A stretch of DNA of 64,000 bases, taken from positions 62,001 through 126,000 of the forward strand of contig NIVC01000017.1 in the NCBI GenBank assembly GCA_002269645.1. The letters are read 5' to 3'. Positions 1 through 11,799 of this stretch are shown piece by piece. Within the stretch, counting starts at the first letter, position 1. The number at the start of each line of letters is the position of its first letter. The notes beneath the pieces are model-generated. The model made no database searches and had not been told where the DNA came from. It was given only the letters and a program-made list of their open reading frames with translations. The DNA comes from Macrostomum lignano (lineage: Eukaryota). The position numbers and the translations under genes were made by a program.

Positions 1-1498
1 CCATTGTACTAAAGGAATTATCCAAATCATACAATTTTTTCCTTTATTAATTGTTGCCAAATTTGCCTAGATTGATTTGCTTTTGCCGAATTGGTCCATT
101 GTGAATCTCTGTCACCAAATTTGTTTGTTGCCAAATAGGTCAGCACTCCATCATATATGCAACTTAGCAATTAGACAATTAATAATGAATAGAGGTTTTG
201 GTTAGTAGTATATCATAAAGCAATTGAACAATTTGTTTAAAGACTAGGTTCCAGTTAAAAAATTATGAAATAAAAAACAAGATTAAGAAGGATAAAACTA
301 ATTAAAATAGATGCAAGTCACAATCAGGAGAATGGCCTTTTTTACAGAAAATTCCAGTGCAAAAGAGGGTTGGACATGCATCTCGCCAGACTAGTGCAAT
401 ATGGCGCAAGACAAAAAATAGCACAATTTGGTGCAAAAAACTTCCAATAAGACAATATTTTCTCTGACAGAAAATTAGTATATAAAATTTCTTGTTATTA
501 AGGCTAGTAATAATAAGGCTAGTTAGGCTAATAATAATAAGGCTAGGTCTATATATTTCACTCATTTTTTTGGTAGTAATTAGGGAGATAGATGTTGTAA
601 TATAGAATTGTATTATATTATAGGGCCTAAGCATTCCCTTTGGCCTTAGCTTTTATTGTAGCCTGACCTAGGGGCCTATAAATATTTATCCACTATATAA
701 AGCAAGTAACCTAACATAAAATAAGTACCTTATTGCATATTTATCCCAAATTTTTGCATAGCTAGCATTACCACTAGCAATGGTTTCTTGATAAACTGAT
801 AGTGATAGGTTTTATAGATGTAATGATAAAGAATAAATTAGCATAAATACTAAAAAATATTTAGGTTTTTGTATTATAGGTAATTAGTTTCAAATCTATT
901 ATTGCATCAGTATTTATGAATATGATTGATTAATAGCTATTATATTGCTAATTAATGATAGTAAAAGAGTAGATATAATAGAGTTTCAATATTGTGGCTA
1001 TCTTAGTGGATGGCCATCTTGGTCTTATACCAAAATAAGAGATTCAATAAGCCTTAGACATAGTCAGGAAGACGGCTGTAATGTGCTTGTGTGGGTGCAA
1101 TATTTTTGCAAACAAAACACTAACATATATTTTTTATTAGCATTTTTTCTTCACCAGTGTTTGTATATTGATGGCTTTTTAATTAAAATAAATTAACATT
1201 GCTATTTCTATGAAACAGATTCAAATTTAAGTTTTAATAGTATCTTTCAAATATAGACATATAAAAATTATAGAAAATATAGAATTTTCTGTTTTTATTT
1301 CTTTAAAAAAGTTCTAGCATACAATGCAAGCAGACTTATTCAATAAAAATAGTTGCAGTGCATAGCATAAGCAAAATCTTTGATCAGATTTGTTCTGGCA
1401 CATGGCACAATCAATTAAATCAAACTTTTTTGATAGGATTTGTTCCAGTGCAGGTGTGCCATGATCCTGAATATGGTCAGTAAGTTGGTCATTTTAGT

Positions 1499-1797
1499 CA
1501 TACATGCGCAACAGTCGGCCGAGTCGGCCGATCCGGCCGACCGATTTGGCGGCCAACCAAGGAAGTCGCAAAAATGCCCACCCGAAAAAATAACCAAATA
1601 GTAGTACTAAGTAGCTGACGAGGCATTTTGGATTAATAACACAGTTATAGTTACTCCTGCCGTTTACCTAAAGTTGCGTTAATTTTGCTTTAGGGTTTTT
1701 TTTACATGTAAGTCGCATTTTTGGCCAAAAACTACGTCACATTTTTGTTAAAACTAAGTCGCATGGCCGACCGAATTTTGGAGGTTGCGCATGTATG
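1499..1797. mobile_element. Non-autonomous DNA transposon (MITE), hAT-like
   Basis: Perfect 14-bp terminal inverted repeats CATACATGCGCAAC (1499-1512) / GTTGCGCATGTATG (1784-1797), flanked by an identical 8-bp direct repeat ATTTTAGT (1491-1498, 1798-1805). An 8-bp TSD is typical of hAT. Confidence 0.8.
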
Positions 1798-2768
1798 ATT
1801 TTAGTGATAAAAGGCTTTTTTTAATAACTGTGTTTAGTTTTTTGTGAAGATTTACAATTTACATGTATGTTTTGTATATTTTAAAATAATGTTAGAAGAT
1901 ATATATATATACTGTGTATACAAAAGTATATTAAGGAAAGAATCAAACTATCATATTGTTTTTTGTATAAGAGGATGAGAATACATGTGTACTCAATGAG
2001 GATTTCTATTAATATATTTTAACTAAATGTGCTAACTTTATTTTATACCAAACCTAAATTTGCATGCATAAAAAGAGCTCATTACAGAGCTCAAGAAAAA
2101 AAATTAACTCTACTTTTGAGATAGCCCTGTAGTTTAGAGCACCATTTGATAGTAGCAAATTTGAAAGTAGGAGATGAGCACATTGTAACATGGCAAAATA
2201 ATAAAACAAACAGTGACATGGCACTTTTTCATTTAATAAGTGAATTCAGTATTTGACCTATCATATGCAACATTGTACAAAATTTCTGAAATTATTTCTC
2301 TTTTTCAATTTGACTGCTTTACAAAGCTTATTTTTACTAAGTGACTGTATTTCCAAAAAAGTGTCTGACTTAAAAATAGATCATTAAAAATGAAACTATG
2401 TATATCAAATTATTCTTTATAGTATATAAGATTAATAAATTGAAGTCCTGTCACCACTAGAAAAAGCATTCTTTACATTTTTTAATTTTTTCATATTGGC
2501 AGCCCACTTAGTCCCAGGCAAAAGTTTCATTAAAGCTGGAAAATTGTAAGTACTTATATACCTATAAACAAAAAGTCCAATAAAACATATTCCTATGAAG
2601 AATCTATAGGAGGTTTGAGGTTTTAACCTAAGTCTATTTTATCTGTATTTGTTATTTGTTATTTGTATAAGAACAAAGTCTAATAACAGTAAAATAAATG
2701 TACATATACTTTACAAATACTAATCAATCCCAAAAATTATGTTTCCATTCTTTATCTCTCCCATCTAG

Positions 2769-5700
2769 CTGGACCTGTACATGACTGAGGACTTCATCAA
2801 GCAGGCATTCACGGCCATGGGTGAAAATGTCGTGTCAGTGAAGATCATTCGCAATAAGACAACAATGCAACCGCTTGGCTATTGCTTTGTTGAATTCAAC
2901 AATATCGAAGACGGCCGGAATGCAATGCTGAAACTAAATGGCAAAGAGATCCCGGGTTCGAGTCCGCCAAGGCGATTCAAACTGAACCATGCCAGCTACG
3001 GTAAGGAGCACCTTAACGTGCAGGAATTCTCCATGTTTGTCGGCGAGCTAAGCGAAGATGTCGACGATTTGGCTCTGTTCAACGCTTTCAAGCGGTATCC
3101 TTCGTGTCGGTCTGCTAAGGTTTGTCCACCAATATCTTTGCTATCTTTTAGTTTATTATCTTTGCCTGTACGTCCTGTGCCGTTCTTTAAGGCGCCTTAA
3201 CTTGTTTGGGAAATCTAAAATAATTGAAGTTTTGAGTCGCCCTTAATTAACCCTGGGAATCGCCCCCGATTAACTTTGTGAATCGCCCCTTATTAACCCT
3301 AGGAATCGCCCCTTGTTAACCCTGGGAATCGCCTCTAATTAACCCTGGGAATCGCCCCTAATTAGGGCTAATAAACCTTGTGAATCGCCCAAAATTAACC
3401 TTGTGAATCGCCCAAAATTTACATTAAGAATCGCCCATCAAAGCTGACTATAGGAATCGCCCATCAAAGCTGACTAAAAGAGTCGCCCATCATAGCTGAC
3501 TATAAGAATCGGCCATCAAACCTGACTAAAAGAATCGGCCATCATAGCTGACTAAAAGAGTCGCCCATCATAGCTGACTATAAGAATCGGCCATCAAACC
3601 TGACTATAAGAATCGCCCATCAAAGCTGACTAAAAGAGTCGCCCATCATAGCTGACTATAAGAATCGGCCATCAAACCTGACTAAAAGAATCGGCCATCA
3701 AACCTGACTATAAGAATCGCCCATCATAACTGACTATAAGAATCGGCCATCAAACCTGACTATAAGAATCGCCCATCAAAGCTGACTAAAAGAGTCGCCC
3801 ATCATAGCTGACTATAAGAATCGGCCATCAAACCTGACTAAAAGAATCGGCCATCAAACCTGACTATAAGAATCGCCCATCAAAGCTGACTATAAGAATC
3901 GGCCATCATAGCTGACTATAAGAATCGGCCATCAAACCTGACTATAAGAATCGCCCATCAAAGCTGACTATAAGAATCGGCCATCAAACCTGACTATAAG
4001 AATCGGCCATCAAAGCTGACTAAAAGAATCGGCCATCAAACCTGACTATAAGAATCGCCCATCAAAGCTGACTATAAGAATCGGCCATCATAGCTGACTA
4101 TAAGAATCGGCCATCAAACCTGACTATAAGAATCGGCCATCAAAGCTGACTATAAGAATCGGCCATCAAAGCTGACTAAAAGAATCGGCCATCAAACCTG
4201 ACTATAAGAATCGGCCATCATAGCTGACTATAAGAATCGGCCATCATAGCTAACTATAAGAATCTGCCATCATAGCTGACTATAAGAATCGGCCATCATA
4301 GCTAACTATAAGAATCTGCCATCATAGCTAACTATAAGAATCTGCCATCATAGCTAACTATAAGAATCGGCCATCATAGCTAACTATAAGAATCTGCCAT
4401 CATAGCTAACTATAAGAATCTGCCATCATAGCTAACTATAAGAATCTGCCATCATAGCTGACTATAAGAATCGGCCATCAAACCTGACTATAAGAATCGG
4501 CCATCAAACCTGACTATAAGAATCGGCCATCATAGCTGACTATAAGAATCGGCCATCATAGCTGACTATAAGAATCGGCCATCATAGCTGACTATAAGAA
4601 TCGGCCATCATAGCTGACTATAAGAATCGGCCATCATAGCTGACTATAAGAATCGGCCATCATAGCTGACTATAAGAATCGGCCATCATAGCTGACTATA
4701 AGAATCTGCCATCAAAGCTGACTATAAGAATCGGCCATCAAAGCTGACTATAAGAATCGGCCATCATAGCTAACTATAAGAATCGGCCATCATAGCTGAC
4801 TATAAGAATCGGCCATCATAGCTGACTATAAGAATCGGCCATCATAGCTGACTATAAGAATCGGCCATCATAGCTGACTATAAGAATCGGCCATCAAACC
4901 TGACTATAAGAATCGGCCATCAAACCTGACTATAAGAATCGGCCATCATAGCTGACTATAAGAATCGGCCATCAAACCTGACTATGAGAATCGCCCATCA
5001 AAGCTGGCTATAAGAATCGGCCATCAAAGCTGGCTATAAGAATCGGCCATCAAAGCTGGCTATAAGAATCGGCCATCAAAGCTGACTATGAGAATCGCCC
5101 ATCAAAGCTGACTATAAGAATCGCCCCTACTACTCTTACAGGAATGTTAAGATGCCAACCCGAAGCAGTTCTCCACCCCCAAATCCGCCCTCCAGGTTGT
5201 ACTAGACAATGGCCGCAGTCGCGGCTACGGCTTCGTGCGGTTCACAGACGAGAAGGATCACAAGCGAGCCATGACTGAGATGCAGAATTATCCTCACCTG
5301 GGCCGCAAACCGATTCGAGTGTCATTAGCTGCACCGAAACGGCCCGATAATCCGGCTGTGGCTGCTCCGTCAGGCTCAGGGCCGTCGCACGGCTATTACA
5401 GTGCCGGTGTGCCGCCGCCGCCTCAGCCTCCGCCTCATCTAGCCGGCAGTATGGACGTGCCGCCGTTGCCTAGCGACCCAGCCTACGCTTATTATCAACA
5501 GGCCTATGCATCCTATCTGCCGCAATATGGGCCGTACTATGCGCACCAGTGGGCCTGTTACTATGCTCACATGTACAGCGGCGGCTCGTCTCAGTATCAG
5601 CCGCCGCTGCCGCCACAGTCCGCTTATTCGGCTTATCAGCAGCAGGCCGCTCAGAATCTGCCAGCGGCAATGATGCCAGCTCCGCCCGAGCCGACACCAG

Positions 5701-5867
5701 AGGAGCTTGAAGCTGCCTACCTGAGCGAGCCAGTCGACCCGGATGCTAATTTAGCTGACGAGCTTGAGTCTATGCTGCAAGACGGGGAAGCTGTCTACTT
5801 CGATCTCGAATGTAGTCGCTGGTCAATTTTCGATCCAAATCTGCCTCGCGTTGTTAATGCCACCTAG
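2769..5867 (+). CDS. TRNAU1AP: tRNA selenocysteine 1-associated protein (SECp43) homologue with two RRMs and a Pro/Tyr-rich C-terminus. Exons 2769-3119 and 5196-5867; the first coding exon was not located.
   Basis: Acceptor TAG at 2766-2768, then [19 protein letters not shown]...GYCFVEF...FKLNHASYG...MFVGELS. Donor GTTTGT at 3120 and acceptor CAG at 5193-5195 give the phase-0 join SCRSAK|[30 protein letters not shown]. The C-terminal DLECSRW resembles the family's terminal motif. Confidence 0.88.
3246..5128. repeat. 26-bp minisatellite (GAATCGGCCATCATAGCTGACTATAA) filling the TRNAU1AP intron, with a degenerate lead-in at ~3246-3440
   Basis: Direct period of 26 nt, e.g. GCTGACTATA at 4561 and 4587. 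Confidence 0.97.
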
Positions 5868-6169
5868 GAAATTTTCCATGCTAATTGACTAATCAAAGAA
5901 ATACAATTGAATTCCTGTTGGTACATTTTTTTACTAATTTGAGCTTTCGATTACTTTCATTTTTTGCAAGATTGGATCTTTTAATTTGATATTTAAGATT
6001 GTATTTCGTTAATCTGTAGTTAGTCTCAGGGATGTTATTTGAACTTTTCCGTTGTTGACACCCTGTGGCTTGGGAATCTGCCCGTAGCCTGTTAGACCAA
6101 GCCATAAGGCACAGAGCATGCATAACTACCTGATTGTGATTAAGTTAGGGCTGATGTACATCCTGAGCT

Positions 6170-6365
6170 CAGCGGGAATGAGCCGAGAGAGGAGAGGGGA
6201 GGAAAGAGAAGAGGATAGGAAAGGAGAGGCGAGGAATGGAGAAGAGAGACGAGATAAGATAGAAGAACGCTGAGAAGAGATATAAACATTGGGAGGGCCG
6301 CATTGCTATTGTGAAGTTTCAAAGGACCAGAGGGCCGGATAGAGAGGCTTTGCGGGTCGGAGTCT
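6170..6365 (+). mobile_element. Truncated remnant of the hAT-like MITE family also found at 35361 and 50809
   Basis: Purine-rich tract followed by GGGCCGCATTGCTATTGTGAAGTTTCAAAGGACCAGAGGGC, matching 36855-36899 and 50990-51030. No TIRs are visible. Confidence 0.7.
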
Positions 6366-6415
6366 TCTTGCGTATTGCTGCAATTTATATTTTCTAAAAA
6401 ATTTTCCAAACTTTC

Positions 6416-9400
6416 ATGGCATTAATGCTTCTTGACTTACAGGCGCCAACAACTAGACGACAGCGACAGCGCAAGGAGAACCAAGCGCCCAAACTGCTGC
6501 TGCGTAGCTCCGCAAAGCTGACTAAAATTGTGCTAGACGATCGACTGCGTCAGGATGTGTCTGACTTCTTAGCTGCTGGCTTTGTTAATGATTCCGCCAG
6601 TCAGAGACTGCGCGGCGCCTGCCAGAAGCGCCTGTCAGCGCTGACGGCTGGACAGCTGAAGTCGGCACTGCCGCAACTCGCGTTGTCGGTGTTTAATAGC
6701 ACCGTCACTGTTGTCGCTTCGTCAGACTGTTCTTGCTCTAGCGATGTCGATAAACTTTGGCGTCGATTTTTAGCATCCAGCGCCCAATGTCTTAGCGGCT
6801 TGTCGGTTAGTCAGGAAGAGCTCGTCAAGAGCTTGGATGCGGCATTCACTCCGGCTAAGCGGGCTGCGCTAAGGCGGCGGCTTGCCCAGCTCGGACTGAA
6901 TGATGCGGCAGCTGAGTGTTCGACAGAAACAGTTAAAATTAAATCGGAGCCGAATGAACCTGCTGTCGGTTCCGTGCCTCGGCTGGCGAGTCAGACGGAA
7001 AGCGATCCGCCGGCAACTCCGACAGATCCGCCGGCGACTTCGACAGATCAGCCGGCGACTTCGACTGACCCGCCGGCGACTCCGACAGATCAGCCGGCAC
7101 CAATGGACCATCTAATGATGCATCACGAGGCCGATGAGCTGGTCTACGATGTTGAAGGAATTGAAAGCCTACTTGACAATACAACTGAAGAAGCTCCTCG
7201 GCCTCCGACACCGCCGCCTCCAGTGCGACAGCCGCCGCCGCCTCCAATGCGACAGCCGCCACCTATGCGGCAGCCGCCACCGCCGCCTCCTGTGCGGCAG
7301 CCGCCACCTGTGCGGCAGCCACTGCCGCCACCTGTACGGCAGCCGCCATTGTTGCTAACAAGAAACAATCCAGCAACGGCCATACACACGGATATCTTTG
7401 CAGAACTGACTGCTAGTCCTCTTTGGCCACTTCTGTTTCGGTAGGACCAAATTGATTTATTATTAAAATTTTGAATTGAAATTTATTTTATAGCTCCGAT
7501 TTGAATGATAACTCGTTCAATTTTAATTTAAGCTATCCTACTAACAAGGACGAGCGCAGCTCGCTCTACTGGATTCGCCTGCAAGCGTGCTTAGAAAAAT
7601 TGTCCAGCATCGATCCATCTAGCACAGGCTGCTTTAGCGTTGCATTAAAAGAATTTCGGAAAGCACTGAATGTGTGGCCGTTGGAGCCTGCAGAGAAAAG
7701 CGAGTACATGCTCAACGCCTGTCTTGAGTTCGGCTTTGCTCATATGCTAACTCGCGCCTTTGCTACCGGTGGCATTCCACGCGGAGTTGTCAACGCGCTG
7801 CTGTCAACCCTGTACGATTGTCGCCGATGCACTGACCATTTGTACTTTGGCCTGCTGTTGCGTCTGTCGCCTACTGACATTTTGTCTTGCGTGAGACTTT
7901 ATCAAAGCATTGTTGCGGCTCGTTGCTTTTGTGTTGAGACAACTCGGCTAGTGCAGCCTGCTTTGAGTCTGGCTGTCGAGCAGTTTATTATGTTTCAGCG
8001 TTTTGTGCATAGCTCCAGACCAGCCGTGGATGTTATCAACAATATTGACCAAGCTCTAATGGGCATCGTCAATGCAGGTGATTTGGCCTATCAACACGAA
8101 TTGGCATTCCAACCGGCAGAGGTTTACCTTGCTTTTCGACGCTTAGTACACTTGGCTCAACTGCCAGCTGAACATCTGATTGATGCTTGGCCCTCGTGCC
8201 GCTCAATATTAGTAGCAATGTCTGACACCAGCGCTTGCGCCGTCCTTCGGCTTGTCATGAGCCACGGTCCGGCTCTGCTGTCCTTAGCCAGCGGCGGGAT
8301 TGGCCGTCCAGTTGATCTGTGCTTTGTGCATCGAGCTGTCGTCTGTCGCACAAGTGTACAGATGGAACCAAATCTGGTCGCTATGGCGCATGCCGGCTGT
8401 CTGTGCCGCCCGTCTGTGTATTCGCAGTCTCTAAAGGAATTCGCCGCTGCTTACGCTGCTAGACTCAAAACAGACGCAATTATTGATGTCGGTTATTGGG
8501 CTACTCCACCGTTGACATCGGATACAATTTCTGTGCTGACGCTTCATCGATTTGAGACTGCGAATTCTCGAAGGATTCCCGAGCTCAGCAATCTTGCTTT
8601 GGTTGTTGAGGATTTGGCTTTGAATTATTCGCCGTCACCTGATGCCGAAAAGTGGCTTCTGACAAGGACAATTAAGCACCGACTTATTGATAGCCGGCAA
8701 GTTTTCTGCAGCAGTTTTAGCTCCAAGGTGAAGACCGCCGTGCTTCATCACGGTCGCAGTCTCACCTATTCGAACAAGGTGCAGGCTGTGAACGCCGGTC
8801 TTGAGCGCGCCTTCTGGGCGTTAGCAAATGAGCGCTTGAGACACTTGAGCCGCGGCAGTGAAATTGCACAGATAGCTCGCCTGGATTACAGATGCTGCTG
8901 CTTGATTGCCGAGCTAGAGTTGTGCGAACTCGCCACCGATGTTAACAGGTTCAGGGCTATCATTGATCCAACTTTTCACTGTCAAACTGACCGCTACATA
9001 GCCTGTCTAAATTCCTTAACGACCGCTCTGCGATCGCACGACACCGACAGTGTTGGCCGTCTGCTAGCCGAGGCGACCAGCACCGGTGGCCGGCAACTCG
9101 CCGAGGCGGTGGTGTTTCACGCCTGCGCTTTCATTCGCCGCGTAAAACCAACGGCCGATCTGCGCCATCTGGAGTCGGCGGCTGCGTCCGAGCTCTGGCC
9201 GGACAGTGCCCAGATGCCGCCATTGAATTTGGGTCCAGCACATGGGCATTGTCTGTTGGGTCTGCTGCACACTCTGCGATTGAATGCTAACGGACTGCTT
9301 GGTGAGAGGCCAATTATGTACTTTCGTCGGGTTGTTTCATTGGATTGATATTTGTTCTCTGCGCCGATATCCACTAAAAGTGGATATCAATAGGATATCA

Positions 9401-10034
9401 ATAAGGCGCAGGTTTTTTTCAACGCATTACTCAATCAAAACCCGTGCTTTTTGTCAATTTTTCCGAGATAGATCAGAATTCAAGAGCATGGACTGAACTT
9501 TTTCCTTTTGCATCTTCTTGGATTGGTAAACGCGTCCGACTCGCGCCACGACCCCTGCTTTGATTCGGTGCGCACCCAAGACTGGCCGACGGTTGCCCCC
9601 CGAGGCACAGAGAGTATACACGCTTGACAATTAGAAGCTTAAGGGCCGATGTACACCCTGTGTGAGCGTGTGCATGAGTGCCGTGCCTGCGTACAGCATT
9701 GGCGCGCTTGTGTGCTCAGGAGTCTGCGAGCGCATTGTGGGACGAATTCCTGCTCTTGCTTAGCACAACTTTCTCATACGATCACAGGGGAAGTTTTCAT
9801 CTTAGGTTAATTTGTCTATCTTAGTCTAATATAAAGTATTGTGAATTTCATTTTACCCTATCAGGTGTTCAAGCCGGTATCGCACAATGGCGCAGTGTAC
9901 TGGAATTTAGCGGCCTGCCGATTCCAGCTCGGAATTCGCTTTTGCCCTTGTGCTTGCGCCTGGGTGAATCGCTGTTTTACGGCTGCGACCATCTGATTGA
10001 AGCTCTGCGACTGGAGTTCGGCATCGGTCAGTGA
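6416..10034 (+). CDS. ~1000-aa protein with a Pro-rich linker and an alpha-helical C-terminal half (possibly TOPAZ1-like). Exons 6416-7440, 7494-9301, 9865-10034.
   Basis: A 53-bp GT-AG intron (7441-7493) joins the two long ORFs in frame (phase 2). Donor G|GTGAGA at 9302 and acceptor TCAG at 9861-9864 are both phase 1, giving GVQAGIAQWRSVLEFSG...EFGIGQ* (an exon absent from the ORF track). The 5' end is uncertain because an acceptor-like TTACAG lies at 6437-6442. Confidence 0.75.
9525..9780 (+). mobile_element. SINE-like interspersed repeat inside an intron
   Basis: A degenerate tRNA-like head (TGGTAAACGCG...TTTGATTC) precedes the segment 9595-9670, whose reverse complement aligns with 46346-46425. 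The core CCCCGAGGCACAGAGAGTATACA recurs inverted at ~52438-52460. Confidence 0.5.
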
Positions 10035-10369
10035 AGGGAGGCCTGAAATGCTGATGATATATAACTAGCTAGATTAGTCATTTTACACGTTTACTCCTGC
10101 ACTAGTCTAAGGATCAGTCATACGAGTAGTACAATATTGACGAAATAGTTATCGATATTTTTATAAAATTAGTTTGTTTTGTCTACAGTTGTAAGCTTAC
10201 AGCTATTACGTCTCGTAGGCTGTTGTGTTAGGAGGCCTATTTAAGGTTTCTTCACTTCGGACAAAATGAGCAATGGATGACTATATAGGCAATACAACTT
10301 GCTTTCCATCTAAAGGAAGTATACATGCATGTAGCTCGGCAAACCGTGTGATCCCATTTAAAACGCTAC

Positions 10370-10570
10370 CCGTGACAAGGATCACTGAAAAGTCATTGTA
10401 AACAACTCACTAGTGACTATTCTAGCGACTCGAGGGGGGGGGGCGATTCTTGTGACTTTTAATGACTCAAACGACTGTAATGCGACGGATAGGCGACTGT
10501 TGAGTCACAGGTGCATCATATGAGTTGATAAATTGAAAAACAGTTGCGAAAAAGTCATTCAAGAGTCGTT
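10370..10570 (+). repeat. Dispersed repeat, homologous to 46445-46600
   Basis: Shared GTGACAAG..AACAACTC..CTAGCGACTCG..CAAACGACTGTAAT.CGAC.GA.AGGCGACTGTTGAGTCA. Confidence 0.7.
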
Positions 10571-11799
10571 TTATCTGCGCTTAACTTCTTACTGGCTTAA
10601 GTAGGCTAAATAGAGTTGATATAAATGCGGAATGCGATTCTAATATATAAAGTGACGCAGATGTACTCAAGACGCAACTCGGTGATTTTCAAAATTTAGG
10701 GGCAGATTTGAATTGGGTTAGAAAAATAACAAAACTGGAATGTTTGTAAGAAAAACTGACGAAATTCCCAATTATTATCGACTGCTCAACAAATGGTCTC
10801 AGTAAATCTCAATTGAAATATTTTTGAAATGGATAAAATCAAGAATTACGAGTAATCATTTTTATGTATATAACATTGACTGGGTTATAGAGGTTATAGA
10901 TAGCTGAAATTTAAAAATATAAAACTGAGTAAACTATATATGATTTGTAATGGGATGTGATAAATATCATTTTAAACAAATTATATTAAGACCTCCTGCC
11001 AATGCATTTTAAAAACAAAAAAACAAAATCAAAGGGTGCAGGATCGACAAGCTTAAAATCAAGTATGAAATTCACCTGACGTACTGTTTTATTAGACATT
11101 TTGAGCACTAGCTTTCTGATTTGAGTTACACGAATGCTACAGTGTCCATTAATTGAAAATTAAAATTCCTGGCAGTATTTAAGTTTAATATTCACTTCCA
11201 TATTCCAGACAATGTCTTGATCTTATGTTGGCTTACATGAATTCAAATGGCTCTATTGCCATGTGTAATTTGTGAATTTGTAAACTTGACTATGCACAGC
11301 TTACCGATACCGAATACATAGACAGGATTTTATATTCCATACTGTATATATTATTGTCCTATCTAATTAGGTAAATGGGTTTTTTGGCAGCCAGTCCGGT
11401 TGGTTCTGACTGCTTGCTTGGCTGGCGTTTGCAATTGACAGAAGGAAGGCGTGGGTTCTTGCCCAGCGATTGGGCCTTTTCTTTGTGCGCGTCCGTCCAC
11501 GACTTCTAGTTTTCATTGAGTTTGTCAATTGTCTTGAGTTCTTTCGATCCTGCGTAGTTTGACCTAGGTCTACATTTGGGCCTCTAGCGCCGTCGGAGTG
11601 GAGCCCTTTTCCTGCCAGCGCATCCAGAAGATGCAAGGTACTCTTAACTGTCTCTTAGCAGGAGAGAGCTGCGCTCGACGGACCATCCTGCCCTCTGCTT
11701 GATCAAAGCATTTGTTCAAGCATCTTCAATGTCAATTGGTAAAGTTGGTTGTCCATTTACCTTGATGATGCATTGTGAGCGGCCAGTGCTGAGTTTGAC

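Noticed and set aside
302-1196. ORFs in the AT-rich first 1.2 kb
   Set aside because: Low-complexity Ile/Leu/Phe composition, no motifs and no splice support.
5196-5867. Selenocysteine recoding or SECIS associated with the SECp43 gene
   Set aside because: No in-frame TGA occurs in the model (the stop is TAG) and no SECIS is recognisable by eye.
9364-9388. Hairpin GATATCCACT/AGTGGATATC as a terminator
   Set aside because: Eukaryotic context and inside the inferred intron 9302-9864; no functional support.
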